Shown: one piece after another, positions 9,154 through 19,808 of the stretch | Layout of the letters: each line of letters begins with the position of its first letter | Numbering within the stretch: position 1 is the first letter of the stretch | DNA from: an uncultured Microthrixaceae bacterium | GTDB lineage: Bacteria; Actinomycetota; Acidimicrobiia; Acidimicrobiales; Acidimicrobilacustridaceae | Direction of reading: 5' to 3' | Length of the DNA: 64,000 bases | Assembly (NCBI GenBank): GCA_963793965.1 | Contig: CAWCCB010000001.1 | Coordinates: forward strand, 125,071-189,070 | Translations under genes and position numbers: made by a program | The notes under the pieces: model-generated | What the model saw: only the letters and a program-made list of their open reading frames with translations | Databases searched by the model: none | What the model was told of the DNA's origin: nothing

Positions 9154-9795
9154 GTGTCACGCGTCCAGCTCGCTCTCAACGTCACCGACCTCGACCAGGC
9201 GGTCGAGTTCTACTCGAAGCTCTTCGCCACCGAGCCGGCCAAGCGCAAGCCTGGCTACGCCAACTTCGCCATCGCCGATCCGCCCCTGAAGCTGGTCCTG
9301 TTCGAAGGCCCCGAAGGGGCCACCCTCAACCACCTCGGCGTCGAGACCGACAACGCCGGCGACGTCGAGGCGGCGGAGGCTCGCCTGTCGGGCACCGGGC
9401 TCGAGACGACCGGGATCGACGACACCATCTGTTGCTACGCCACCAAGGTCGAGACCTGGGTGACCGACCCCGATGGCGCCAAGTGGGAGTGGTACGTCAA
9501 GACCGGCGACTCCGACCAGTTGACCAACGAGATTGTCGGCGAGGACAGCAGCGCCATGTGCTGCGCCCCGCCGCGGCCGAACCTGTCACCCTCGGGCGAT
9601 CCTCCGCAGCCGCCGAATCCGGCTGCTGTTGAACGAAGGCTCATGGGCGTCCCCGGGGGGGCTCCCCGGTGGGCGCCACCCACGCGCGAGGACCTTGGGC
9701 CCTGGGTGTGTCACCACCTGTCAGCCATGATGCAGGCGTGGAGGATCCCGCTCACCGACCTGCTCGCTCGTCCTCGGCCAGGACCGCTGCAGTGA
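9154..9795 (+). CDS. arsI: ArsI-like glyoxalase/VOC-family C-As lyase (organoarsenical demethylase) with Cys-containing C-terminal tail
   Basis: GTG start 7 nt after the GGAGGA RBS. VOC fold (VSRVQLALNVTDLDQAVEFYSKLF…NHLGVETD) with the vicinal Cys pair DDTICCYATKVETW characteristic of ArsI. A second CC lies in the tail (AMCCAPP). The stop overlaps the acr3 start. The C-terminal extent is uncertain. Confidence 0.55.
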   Translation: MSRVQLALNVTDLDQAVEFYSKLFATEPAKRKPGYANFAIADPPLKLVLFEGPEGATLNHLGVETDNAGDVEAAEARLSGTGLETTGIDDTICCYATKVETWVTDPDGAKWEWYVKTGDSDQLTNEIVGEDSSAMCCAPPRPNLSPSGDPPQPPNPAAVERRLMGVPGGAPRWAPPTREDLGPWVCHHLSAMMQAWRIPLTDLLARPRPGPLQ

Positions 9796-10928
9796 CCGCG
9801 AGCCGGAGCGGCTCGGTGACCGCCAAGCTCTCGATGCTGGACCGGTTCCTGCCGGTGTGGATCGGGCTGGCCATGGCCACCGGCTTGGTCCTGGGTCGGT
9901 TGATCCCGGACCTGAACACCACCCTCGACCACATCAAGGTCGACACCGTCTCGCTGCCGATCGCCGTCGGGCTGCTGGCCATGATGTACCCGATCTTGGC
10001 CAAGGTCCGCTACCGCCACCTCGGTGACGAGCTCGCCGACCGCCGCACCCTCGGCCTTTCGCTGCTCCTCAACTGGGTCATCGGCCCTCTGCTCATGTTC
10101 ACCCTTGCCTGGGTGTTCCTGGCCGACCTCCCGGAGCTGCGCACCGGCCTGATCATCGTCGGCCTCGCTCGCTGCATCGCCATGGTCCTCATCTGGAACG
10201 ATCTCGCCTGCGGCAGCCGGGAGCTCGCCGCCGTGCTGGTGGCCATCAACTCGTTGTTCCAGATCGCCATGTACTCCGTGCTCGGCTGGTTCTACCTGAC
10301 CGTGCTGCCCACTTGGCTCGGCCTCGACACCGCTGACCTCCACGTGTCGGTGTGGGCCATCGCCCGGTCGGTGTTCATCTTCCTGGGCGTCCCCCTGGCC
10401 GCCGGATTCCTCACCCGGACCTTGGGCGAAGGCCGCAAGGGCACCGAGTGGTACGAGGACACGTTCCTGCCGAGGATCGCACCCGTGGCTCTGTACGGGC
10501 TGCTCTTCACCATCGTCGTGCTGTTCGCCCTCCAAGGCCACCAGATCACCACCCACCCGCTCGACGTCGCCCGCGTCGCGCTACCCCTGCTCGCCTACTT
10601 CGCGCTCATGTGGAGCGGGTCGTTCGCCCTCGGCTACCGCCTGCACTTCCCTTACGCTCGCAACGCCTCGGTCGCCTTCACCGCCGCGGGCAACAACTTC
10701 GAGCTCGCCATCGCCGTGTCGATCGCCGTGTTCGGCGTCACCTCCGGCCAGGCCCTTGCCGGCACCATCGGGCCCCTCATCGAAGTCCCCGCCCTCGTCT
10801 CGCTCGTCTACGTCTCACTCTGGGCGAGCCGTCGCTTCTACTCGGCCGAAATGGCAGGTCACGACGTTGAAACGCCCGAATCCACCCCGCGACGATTCCC
10901 AGCTCGCGGGTGGCTGACACGTCGTTGA
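9792..10928 (+). CDS. acr3: ACR3-family arsenite efflux permease
   Basis: …LSMLDRFLPVWIGLAMATGLVLGRLIP…, with a multi-TM ACR3 signature throughout. Start is at GTG 9792 or ATG 9834. Confidence 0.85.
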   Translation: MTASRSGSVTAKLSMLDRFLPVWIGLAMATGLVLGRLIPDLNTTLDHIKVDTVSLPIAVGLLAMMYPILAKVRYRHLGDELADRRTLGLSLLLNWVIGPLLMFTLAWVFLADLPELRTGLIIVGLARCIAMVLIWNDLACGSRELAAVLVAINSLFQIAMYSVLGWFYLTVLPTWLGLDTADLHVSVWAIARSVFIFLGVPLAAGFLTRTLGEGRKGTEWYEDTFLPRIAPVALYGLLFTIVVLFALQGHQITTHPLDVARVALPLLAYFALMWSGSFALGYRLHFPYARNASVAFTAAGNNFELAIAVSIAVFGVTSGQALAGTIGPLIEVPALVSLVYVSLWASRRFYSAEMAGHDVETPESTPRRFPARGWLTRR

Positions 10929-10981
10929 CGGGGTGACGGGTGCTCACGCGCCGCGAAGCAATCCCTCTCGAGAAGGCTCCC

Positions 10982-12545
10982 TCAGTTCGACCGGCGCCGA
11001 CGCGAGCGACCGAACAGCAGCGGCGGGATGACGAGCAGGGCCAACAGGAACAGGATCGGGGCCAGCACGTGGACCGAGCTGATGGGCCGCTGGTAGAGGA
11101 CCGGCGAGGCGTCACGCCAATCGGTGCTGCCGCCACCGGCCGAATGGGTCGAGCCCACCACCCCCGAGGCAGCCGCCGCGCTGGCTGTGCCCGACGCCGC
11201 CGGGCCGGCGGCCGAGGGAGCCGTTTGCCGCCGGGCCCTTGGTGGCCAGGCTGACCACGTTCTTGATCGGATCGGGAGGGGCGCCGGAATCCGCGCCCAG
11301 CTCACCCCGGAAGCGGGGGTTGGCGCAGTTGGCCGGCGTGAGTGCTCCGGGGCCGTGCCCGACATCCGGCCGATGGCGTTGGCGATCTCCTGGGACAGGT
11401 TGGGCGGCAACGGCGAGTACCCGATGGCCGCCATGTTCACCTGGCCGTCGCAGGCGATGTAGCGCATCCAGGCGGCGAAGGTCGAGGTGATCCCCGGGTT
11501 GCTGTAGGCACCTTTGCAGGTGGCCCGATCGGGCGACGGCCGCGCACTGGGTCACGATGTAGCTGTAGGCCGAGATGGGATAGGTGAGCGGGTTGGAGCT
11601 GGCGTACACCCCCGACAGGTCCTGGCTCAGGTCGGGCTTCAGCCGAGCGGACTCGAGGGCCGCCGAGATGTTCTGGGCGTAGGGCAGCTGGAAGGTCCCC
11701 GACGCGTTCTGCACCCACGCCGTCGGGACGTTGTAGGTCTTGGCGTAGCCGAACTCGTCGTAGCCGATGCTCCACATGCCCTGGCCACTGGCGATGTGCT
11801 CGGCGATCTGGTCGGAGCCGTTGAGGGCCAGGGTGTGGCAGGCGAAGCTCGGGCTGGTGTCGAGCTCGATGATGCGAACGTTGGTCGGGATCGAGTTCTT
11901 GGCCGCCCAGGTGGCGAACAGGGCCGGATCGGTGTGCTGCACGAAGTCGTAGAACAGCCCGGTGGTGCCCGACTGGCCACCTCGGTACACCACCGTGATG
12001 GGCTGGTTGGGCAGCACCAGGCCGCGGTTGTCCGCCGTGATGGCCGGATCGTTCCAGCTGCAGATGTCGCCCATGAAGATCCGGGCGATCGTCTCGCGGG
12101 ACAGGTGGAGGTAGTTGACCGTGCTCCCGGCCGCGTCCTGCACGTGGTACATGATGGCCACCGCGCCGGCCACGTCCGGGACGTACTGGTACCCGCGTGC
12201 CGGGTCGGTGTCGCCCACCTGGAGCGAGGCGAACTCGGCTTCGGTGCCGGCGAAGTCGATCAAGGACTGGCCGAACTCGGTCAGTCCCGGCGGAGAGCCC
12301 AGGGGCGTGTAGTTCACGTGCAGGCCCTGGGTCTGGGCATCCGCCACCCATTGCTGCATGGCCAGGGCCACGTAGGTGGATCCGGCTCCGTTGATGGCGG
12401 CGTTGTCGGCCGACGCCGGCGGCGAGGCCGCCATGAGCAGCAACGCGGCCACCCCGACCAGCCCGGCCAGGCGGCGAACGAGCCGGCCCGTCGGCCTGAG
12501 ACGTCGGCCAGCGCGACCGGCCGACGGCGCGGCGCCGGCCCTCAC
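10982..12545 (-). CDS. pstS: phosphate ABC transporter substrate-binding protein PstS; one internal frameshift (~11545); C-terminal linker plus TM anchor
   Basis: The GTG start overlaps the pstB stop (GTGA). Signal peptide …[18 protein letters not shown], then the PstS core ([14 protein letters not shown]…[13 protein letters not shown]). After a -1/+1 shift the sequence continues …[37 protein letters not shown] ~100-aa P/A/S-rich tail follows, ending in [28 protein letters not shown]. Confidence 0.55.
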
Positions 12546-13424
12546 CCGAAGCGCCCTTCGACGTAGTTGAGCGTGCGCTCGTCGTCGGGGGTCGAGAACA
12601 TCTTCTCGGTCGTGCCCTTCTCCACCACGAACCCGGGCTCGTTCTCCTCGGCCAGGAAGAAGGCGCACAGATCCGAGACCCGCTGGGCCTGTTGCATGTT
12701 GTGGGTCACGATGACCACCGTGACCACCGAGCGCAGCTCGGCGATGGTCTCCTCGATGCGGCGGGTGGAGGTGGGGTCGAGCGCGGAGCACGGCTCGTCC
12801 ATGAGCAGCACGTTGGGTTGGACCGCCAGCGAGCGGGCGATGCACAACCGCTGCTGCTGGCCACCCGACAGCGCACCGCCAGGCCGGTCCAGACGGTCGC
12901 GCACCTCACGCCACAGACCCGCCCGGGTCAGGCTCTGCTCGACCAGGTCGTCGCTGGCGGCGCACTTGATCCGAGCCAGCTTCAGACCCGACAGCACGTT
13001 GTCCCGGATGGTCATGGCCGGGAACGGGTTGGGCTTCTGGAAGACCATGCCCACCCGGATGCGGATCTCCTGAGCCCGCCGACCCGGCGCGTAGATGTCC
13101 TCGCCGTCGAGCAGGATCTTGCCGTCCAGGGCCGCGCCCGGGATGAGCTCGTGCATGCGGTTCAGCAGCCGCAGGAAGGTGGACTTGCCGCAGCCCGACG
13201 GCCCGATGAGGGCCGTCACCTGGCCGGCGGGCATGACCAGGTCGACGTCCTCGAGCACCAGGTGGTCGCCGAACCAGGCACAGGCGTCCGCGCGCCTCGA
13301 GCGAGGCTTCGCCCTTCGGCGGTCCTCCGATCAGCTCGATGGGTCGGGAGGCCGCGGGCTTCGACGTCGCCGTGCCGGGCGGCGCCGGCAGGTGGTCGAC
13401 CGGGGGGGACACGAGGTCGCTCAT
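12542..13424 (-). CDS. pstB: phosphate ABC transporter ATP-binding protein PstB; frameshift in a GCGCGC run near 13295
   Basis: Walker [13 protein letters not shown] signature LSGGQQQRL, and a PstB C-terminus. The N-terminal ~45 aa ([12 protein letters not shown]…IELIGG…) lie in another frame. The ATG overlaps the pstA stop (ATGA). Confidence 0.7.
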
Positions 13425-14623
13425 GAGGATTCCTTGCTCCCGAAGGACGGGCGCCAACGACGGCCGGATCGCTTGGATCGGTCACGGCCGATGATGCGGG
13501 CCAGCACGAACAGGCCGAGCACCAGCACCATGAGCACCAGGGCGCCGGTGTAGCCCCGGCGATCGAGGCCAGGTCGGGCTTGCGGATGTTGTTGTAGACG
13601 AAGAGGGGCAGGCTCTCCTGCGGCTTGGCGAACGGGTTGCCGTTCATCAGGTCGTAGCCGAAGGAGGTGAACAGCAGCGGGGCCGTCTCGCCCACCGCTC
13701 GGGCGATGCCCAGCACCACCGCGGTGGTGATGCCCGTGCGAGCCGTGGGGAACACCACCGACCAGGTCGTGCGGGCCCGGGACGCGCCCATGGCCAGGCT
13801 GGCCTCGCGCAGACCGTCGGGGACCAGGCGCAGCACCACCTCGACCGTGCGCGTGATGGTGGGCAGCATCAGCAGGGCCAGGGCCAGGCTGGCCATGAAG
13901 CCGTTGAAGCCGAAGATGGCGGCGGTGTGGGCGTACGGGAGGATGAACACGGCGAAGATGAACAGGCCGGCCACGATGGAGGGCAGGCCGCTCATGGCGT
14001 CGACGAAGATCCGCACCGGGCGACGCCAGCGGCTGCGGGATTCGTTGAGGAACACGGCCGCGGCCAGCCCCAGCGGGAGCGACCAGATGAGGGCGAGGCC
14101 GACCTCCTCGATGGTCCCCACCAGGGCATGGGCACCGCCACCCGCGGTGGCCGGCTCGGTCGGGGTGATGCCGGCCTGGTCGTGCACGAAGAACCCGAAG
14201 CGCAGCGCCTTGACGCCCTCCACGATGATGTAGCCCACCAGCAGCACCAGGGGTACGAGCACGATGATCCCGCCCGAGATCATGATCACGGTCATCAGGC
14301 GGTCGACGGCCACCATCCGCCCGTAGCGGTCGGCGGTGGCCACGCCGTAGAGGATCAGGAACCCGACGTAGACCAGGACGAAGAAGCCGAAGCTGCTCGA
14401 CCCCGGTGGCCAGGCGCTCGAACAGCAGCCAACACAGGCACAGCGAACTGGCCAGCGACCCGAACAGCAGCCCGTAGTCGCCCGAGGTCAGCTCGCGGGG
14501 CCGCAACCGCGAGCGGCGGCGAGGCCGGGGGCGGATCGGGCGGTCGCCCCGGCCCCCGGCCCCGTCGCCGTCGTCGGGGTCACGCACGTCGATGACCGAC
14601 GGCGGCTGGGTGTCGAGGCTCAC
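13421..14623 (-). CDS. pstA: phosphate ABC transporter permease PstA; two homopolymer frameshifts (~13560 and ~14395)
   Basis: GTG start overlapping the pstC stop (GTGA). …RMVAVDRLMTVIMISGGIIVLVP… and the EAA-loop region are present. The C-terminus …GYTGALVLMVLVLGLFVLARIIG lies in a second frame. Confidence 0.6.
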   Translation of the reverse strand: MSLDTQPPSVIDVRDPDDGDGAGGRGDRPIRPRPRRRSRLRPRELTSGDYGLLFGSLASSLCLCWLLFERLATGVEQLRLLRPGLRRVPDPLRRGHRRPLRADGGRRPPDDRDHDLGRDHRARTPGAAGGLHHRGGRQGAALRVLRARPGRHHPDRAGHRGWRCPCPGGDHRGGRPRPHLVAPAGAGRGRVPQRIPQPLASPGADLRRRHERPALHRGRPVHLRRVHPPVRPHRRHLRLQRLHGQPGPGPADAAHHHAHGRGGAAPGPRRSARGQPGHGRVPGPHDLVGGVPHGSHGHHHRGGAGHRPSGGRDGPAAVHLLRLRPDERQPVRQAAGEPAPLRLQQHPQARPGLDRRGYTGALVLMVLVLGLFVLARIIGRDRSKRSGRRWRPSFGSKESS

Positions 14624-15560
14624 AGATCGACCCCGACTCCCGAGCGGCTGCGGGACACCACGACCGAGGCGATCATGTTGGTGGCCAGCGTCATGAGGAA
14701 CAGCACCAGTCCGGCGGCCATCAGGCCCGACACGGTGAAGCTGTCGGCCCCGGCCCGGTTGGCGATGAAGCCCGACACGGTGGCCCCGCCGTTCTGGAGG
14801 ATCTGCGCCGACACCGATGGAACCTGGGGCAACAGCAGGACGACCGCGATGGTCTCGCCCAGCGCCCGCCCCAGTCCGAGCATGGTGCCGCCCACGATGC
14901 CGCTGCGTCCGTAGGGCAGGACCACCGAGCGGATCATCCCCCACCGGGTGCTGCCCAGGGCCAGGGCCGCCTCCTTCTCGCCCGGGGGTGCCTGGGAGAA
15001 CACCTCGCGCACCACCGAGGTGATGATGGGGATGACCATCAGCGAGACCACGATGCCGGCGATGAAGATCGAGCCGGTCAGGTTGGCGCCCGGGTCGGTC
15101 TTGAAGATCGGTATCCAACCGAAGTGGTCGGTCAGGAACTGCGAGAGCGGCACCACCTTGGCCGACAGGAACAGGAACCCCCACAAGCCGAACAGCAGGC
15201 TGGGCACCGCGGCCAGCAGGTCGACCACGCCCACCAGCCACTTGCGGGCGCGGGCGCCGGCGTACTCGGTGATGGCCAGGGCGGTGACCACGCTGAGCGG
15301 CAGGGCGATGGCCACGGCCACCAACGCCACCAGCACGGTGCCCACCAGCAGACCCAGCACCCCGATGCGGGCCGGGTGGACGTCGGTGCGCCACTCGGTG
15401 CGGGTCAGGAAGCGCAGGAGGCCCGACTCGGCGATGGCCGTGTGGCTCTGGAAGAGCAGGAACACCCCGACCAGGGTGAGCAGCACCAGCACGGACAGCC
15501 GGCCAGCAACGTGACCCGGTCGAAGGTCCGGTCGGCCCGACTCGGCTGGTCCACCACCAT
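14620..15560 (-). CDS. pstC: phosphate ABC transporter permease PstC; frameshift near 15490
   Basis: MVVDQPSRADRTFDRVTLLAG (frame 1) continues as RLSVLVLLTLVGVFLLFQSHTAIAESG… (frame 2). An ABC TM permease core follows, down to the stop at 14620. Confidence 0.65.
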
Positions 15561-15736
15561 GCGGGGCCGGCGCGCCCGTGGACCGGCCCCGCCGTCGGGC
15601 GGCGACGGGGACAGCGTCGTGGTCACGGCTCGCATGCTGGCAACAGCCGGTGAACGAGGAGCCTGCGCCGGGTGAACAGCGGGTGACGCCCGGCCGAACA
15701 TCTGGCCCCGGTGAGCCGGTCTGCCAGGATGCGGGC

Positions 15737-16590
15737 ATGCAGCAAGCCCTGGACGACTTGATCGCCCTCCTCGATCTGGAGCCCATCGAGGTCAACATCT
15801 TCCGGGGCACGAGCCCCGACGTGGACGCCCAGCGGGTGTTCGGTGGACAGGTGGCCGGCCAGGCCCTGGTGGCCGCGGCCCGCACGGTCGAGCCCGACCG
15901 CCGCGTCCACTCGCTGCACGCCTACTTCCTGCGACCCGGCGATCCGACCGTGCCCATCCTCTACGAGGTCGACCGCATCCGCGACGGCCGCTCGTTCACC
16001 ACCCGCCGGGTGGTGGCCATCCAGCACGGTCGGGCCATCTTCAACCTGCAGACGTCGTTCCACGTACCCGAGGACGGGCTACGACCACGAGGCGGCCATG
16101 CCCACCGACGTGCCCGAGCCCCTCTCGCTGCCCGACTTCAAGGCAGCGGTGGGCACCCTGGGCCGAGGTCATGGGCGACTGGTACGAACGGCCCCGGCCC
16201 ATCGACAGCCGGTACGTGGACTGGGAGCCGCTCGATCGCAGCCGGCCGCTGCCGCCGCGCCAACGGGTGTGGCTGCGGGCCGACGGCACGCCTGCCCGAC
16301 GACCCGGTGCTGCACGCCTGCATCGTGACCTACGCCTCGGACATGACCCTGCTCGACACCACGCTGCTGCCCCACGCCGTCGGGGCCATCGAGCACAACC
16401 TGGTCATCGGCCAGCCTCGACCACGCCATGTGGTTCCACCGACCGTTTCGGGCCGACGAGTGGCTGCTCTACGACCAGGTCAGCCCGTCGGCGTCGGGGG
16501 CCCGGGGCATCGCCCGGGGCTCGATCTTCACCCACGACGGACACCTGGCCGTGACCGTGGTGCAGGAGGGGCTGATCCGCCTCAAGGGTT
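15737..16590 (+). CDS. tesB: acyl-CoA thioesterase II (TesB-like); at least three frameshifts
   Basis: MQQALDDLIALLDLEPIEVNIFRGTSPDVDAQRVFGGQVAGQAL…SFHVPEDGL is followed by fragments in other frames (…DWYERPRPIDSRYVDWEPL…; …LHACIVTYASDMTLLDTTLLPH…; …WLLYDQVSPSASGARG…THDGHLAVTVVQEGLIRLKG*). Confidence 0.55.
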
Positions 16591-16657
16591 GATCCGCGAG
16601 CCGTCCGGGCCCGCCCGGTGCGGTCGGGACCCGCCACCCACCGCGTAGGATGTCCCG

Positions 16658-17600
16658 ATGCCCGATCCGAGCCCGCCGATGCTCGACGAAGACGCCGACG
16701 ACCGCCTGAGCGACGCGATCGAGCACAACACCACCCGTTGGCGCGGCGGCACCCGGCTGAGCACCGGCCACGAGATCTACTGGTGGGTCGAGATCGGCAT
16801 CGTCATGGTGTTCGACCTCATCTACGAGAGCCTGCGCGACCTCAACTCGGCCGGCACCGCCCACGCCTTCCACAACGCCATGCGCCTCATCGGCTGGGAG
16901 CGGACCCTCCACATCTACGACGAGCACGACTGGCAGGTCTTCGCCCTGGCTCACGCCAAGTGGGCGGTCATCGCGGCCAACTACTACTACGGCGCCATCT
17001 ACCTGGCCGTCACCATCGGCGCGCTGATCTGGTTGTACCGGCGATTCCCCGACAGCTACCCGCTGATGCGCAACACGTTGGCCGTGGGCACCATGCTGGG
17101 CCTCATCGGGTTCGCCACCTTCCCGCTCATGCCCCCCCGGCTGCTCGACAGCTTCGGCCACCACGCCGCCTTCGGCTACGTGGACACGCTGGTGAAGTAC
17201 CCGACCTTCTGGTCGTTCAACTCGTCGGCCATGAAGACGATCTCCAACCAGTACGCGGCCATGCCCAGCCTGCACTGCGGGTGGGCCCTGTGGGGCTGCG
17301 GGGTCTTCCTGCCCCGGGTGAAGTCCTGGTGGGCCAAGGCCCTGGCCATCGCCTACCCGGTGGCCACCGTCACCGTGGTGGTCATCACCGCCAACCACTA
17401 CTTCCTCGACGGGGTGGGCGGCGCGGTCATCTTCATCGTGGGCTACGGACTGGCCCGCGTGTTCACCCGGGCCGGGCGCGTCCCCAAGGCGGGCACGCCC
17501 GAGGCGGACAGGTCTGGACGGCGCGCGACCCCGCCCCGGCCTGACCGGCATGGTGGACTCCGGCGCATCGACGATCGGACGGCCGTCAGGCGGTGGCGAG
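16658..17600 (+). CDS. PAP2-family phosphatase-like membrane protein; 3' end uncertain
   Basis: PAP2 motifs PSLHCGWALW and NHYFLDGVGG are present, with multiple TM helices. The ORF has no stop until 18049 and would overlap the convergent GT4 gene. The true end is presumed near 17520-17600, so an indel is likely. Confidence 0.5.
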
Positions 17601-18791
17601 CGCGGCCGTCGCCCGACGCCCCGGAACTCGATGGCCCGGCGGTAGACGTCCACGTTCGCCGGCACCACCCGGGCTCCAGTCGACGTTGGAGGCCACGTCC
17701 CGGTTGTGGGTGGCGATGCGCTGGCGCAGCTCGGGGTCGCAGATCAGCCGCAGCAGCTGCTCGACCATGTCCCGATCGCTCTGGGCCAGCAGGCCCTCGC
17801 GACCGTTGGCCACGAACTCGCGGATGCCGGTGCGGGCCATGGCCACCACCGGCAGCCCGGCGCAGCGGGCTTCGAGGGCGGCGATGCCGAAGGACTCCAG
17901 GTTGGCGGGGGCCACGAAGACGTCGGCCCGGGCGAAGGCGGATCGGATCTCGTCGCGGGTGCGCCGCCCGACCAGCTCCACCACCTCGGTCAGGTCGTGA
18001 GCCTGGAGGTACTTCTCCAACGACGCCCGCTCGGGACCCTCACCGATGATCTGCACCTTCAGCCGGACGTCGGCCGGGAGCCGCTCGTGGATCCGGTGGA
18101 TCATCTTGAGCAGGTGGCGGGGACGCTTGCGCGGCGCCAGGCGCATGACCGACACCACGGTCACGGTGCCGACCTCACGCGGCAGCGGGGTGACCGACCA
18201 GGTGGCGTTGTCGATGCCGTTGGGGACCACGGCCACGTCGACCTCGGGGCCGGCGATCTTGCGGATCGGGGCCGCGGCCACGTCGCTCACCGCCGAGAGC
18301 ACCACCGGCCAGCGGCTCCAGTGGAACCGCCGGTCGAGCAGGGCGAAGATCGGCGCCGCGTAGCTCCACATGCAGTGGGTGGTGATGACGGTGGGCACGC
18401 CGTCGGCCTGCGCGCTGGCCGCGGCGATGAAGGCCAGCGGCGAGGCGATCCCGCCGTGGAAGTGGGCCACGTCGACCCGCTCGCGCTGCAGCAGCTCGCT
18501 GACCCCGCGGAAGGTGGCCGGGGTGAACGGGATGTCGAAGGGCAGGAGGGGCACGTCCATGCGATGGACCCGGATCCCGTCGATCAGCTCGGGGCCGGGG
18601 GTGGGCGTGATGACCACCACGTCGTGGCCGGCGGCCTGGAGCCGCTGGGCCAGGTCGTGCACCTGCATCTCGATCCCGCCCAGGCGCGGGACGTAGCAGT
18701 CCGACACCAGGCCGATCTTGAGCGGGCGCGCCGAGGCGCCGGGTCGGGGACCGGCCTGGGGCGCCGGGAGCGCCGAGGCCGAGCTGCTCAT
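17586..18791 (-). CDS. GT4-family glycosyltransferase (PimA/MshA-like); probable single-G insertion near 17660 displaces the C-terminus
   Basis: The 401-aa product has a GT4 fold (…LKIGLVSDCYVPRLGGIE…; EGPERASLE…; FGIAALEARCAGLPVV…). After …NVDWSP the alternative frame reads VVPANVDVYRRAIEF, which is the expected GT4 C-terminus. Confidence 0.6.
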   Translation of the reverse strand: MSSSASALPAPQAGPRPGASARPLKIGLVSDCYVPRLGGIEMQVHDLAQRLQAAGHDVVVITPTPGPELIDGIRVHRMDVPLLPFDIPFTPATFRGVSELLQRERVDVAHFHGGIASPLAFIAAASAQADGVPTVITTHCMWSYAAPIFALLDRRFHWSRWPVVLSAVSDVAAAPIRKIAGPEVDVAVVPNGIDNATWSVTPLPREVGTVTVVSVMRLAPRKRPRHLLKMIHRIHERLPADVRLKVQIIGEGPERASLEKYLQAHDLTEVVELVGRRTRDEIRSAFARADVFVAPANLESFGIAALEARCAGLPVVAMARTGIREFVANGREGLLAQSDRDMVEQLLRLICDPELRQRIATHNRDVASNVDWSPGGAGERGRLPPGHRVPGRRATAALATA

Positions 18792-18947
18792 CGCCACGCA
18801 GGTGCCTTCCCCGGCCCGGTTCGGCCCAGGCTGGTCTGGTCGGGAGCCGGTCACCGACGACGGGACCGGCCGCGCCGGGAAACCCCCGGATCGCGGCACC
18901 CAGGCTAGCTCTCGGAGGTCGGGCCCGATGCGGCAAGATTGACGCCG

Positions 18948-19793
18948 ATGCCCTACACGCTGGTGTGCTTCCACGCGCACCCCGACGACGAGGCGCTGCT
19001 GACGGCCGGGACCATGGCCAAGGCGGCGGCCGACGGGCACCGCGTGGTGCTGGTGGTCGCCACCCGGGGTGAGGTGGGCCAGGTGGCCGATGACTTCCTG
19101 GACCGGGCCGAGACCCTGGCCAGCCGGCGCTGGGCCGAGCTGGAGCAGTCGGCCCGCATCCTGGGCGTGGCCCGCGTGGCGTGGCTGGGCTACGCCGACT
19201 CGGGTTCGGGCCCGGAGCCCGATCCGGCCGTCGGCCGACCCGGCCGCCGGCGCGCTTCGCCGCCGTCGGAGGTGGAGGAGGCAGCCGAGCGGCTGGCCGC
19301 CATCCTGGTCGAGGAGCGGGCCGACGTGCTGACCAGCTACGACGCCAACGGCGGCTACGGCCACCGCGACCACGTCCAGGTCCACCGGGTGGGGGCCCGG
19401 GCGGCCCGACTGGCCGGCACGCCGGTGCTGTTGGAGGCCACCATCGACCGCGAGCTGATGCGCACCGGAGTCGAGTTGGCCACCTCGCTGGGCTACGAGA
19501 TCCCCGCCGACTTCACGCCCGAGACCTTCGATCTGTGGTACACCCCGGCCGGCTCGATCACCCACGCGGTGGACGTCAGCGCCCACCTCGAGCAGAAGAA
19601 GGCCGCCATGCAGGCCCACGCCAGCCAGGCCACCGCGGCCGACCCCTCGGCCGACCGCACCCTCGAGCTGTTCCTGGCGCTGCCCGACGAGTACTTCGCC
19701 CTGGCCTTCGGCACCGAGTGGTTCGTGGAGGTCGGCCGGCCGGCCGGGCCGGTGGCCGACGACATCTTCGCCAGCCTGGTGACCACTTCGTGA
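18948..19793 (+). CDS. PIG-L/LmbE-family N-acetylglucosaminyl deacetylase
   Basis: …LVCFHAHPDDEALLTAGTMAK… with the HPDDE motif. Intact, divergent from the GT4 gene. Confidence 0.7.
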   Translation: MPYTLVCFHAHPDDEALLTAGTMAKAAADGHRVVLVVATRGEVGQVADDFLDRAETLASRRWAELEQSARILGVARVAWLGYADSGSGPEPDPAVGRPGRRRASPPSEVEEAAERLAAILVEERADVLTSYDANGGYGHRDHVQVHRVGARAARLAGTPVLLEATIDRELMRTGVELATSLGYEIPADFTPETFDLWYTPAGSITHAVDVSAHLEQKKAAMQAHASQATAADPSADRTLELFLALPDEYFALAFGTEWFVEVGRPAGPVADDIFASLVTTS

Positions 19794-19808
19794 CCACCCA
19801 CCGGCCCG

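Noticed and set aside
13421-15394. 657-aa minus-strand ORF
   Set aside because: Overlaps pstA and pstC in alternative frames. It contains the true pstA C-terminus and N-terminal linker only at its ends; the middle is Arg/Gly/His/Pro-rich artefact.
16469-17668. 399-aa ORF on the minus strand antisense to the PAP2 gene
   Set aside because: Low-complexity. Its first ~15 residues (VVPANVDVYRRAIEF) are actually the displaced C-terminus of the GT4 glycosyltransferase; the rest is artefact.
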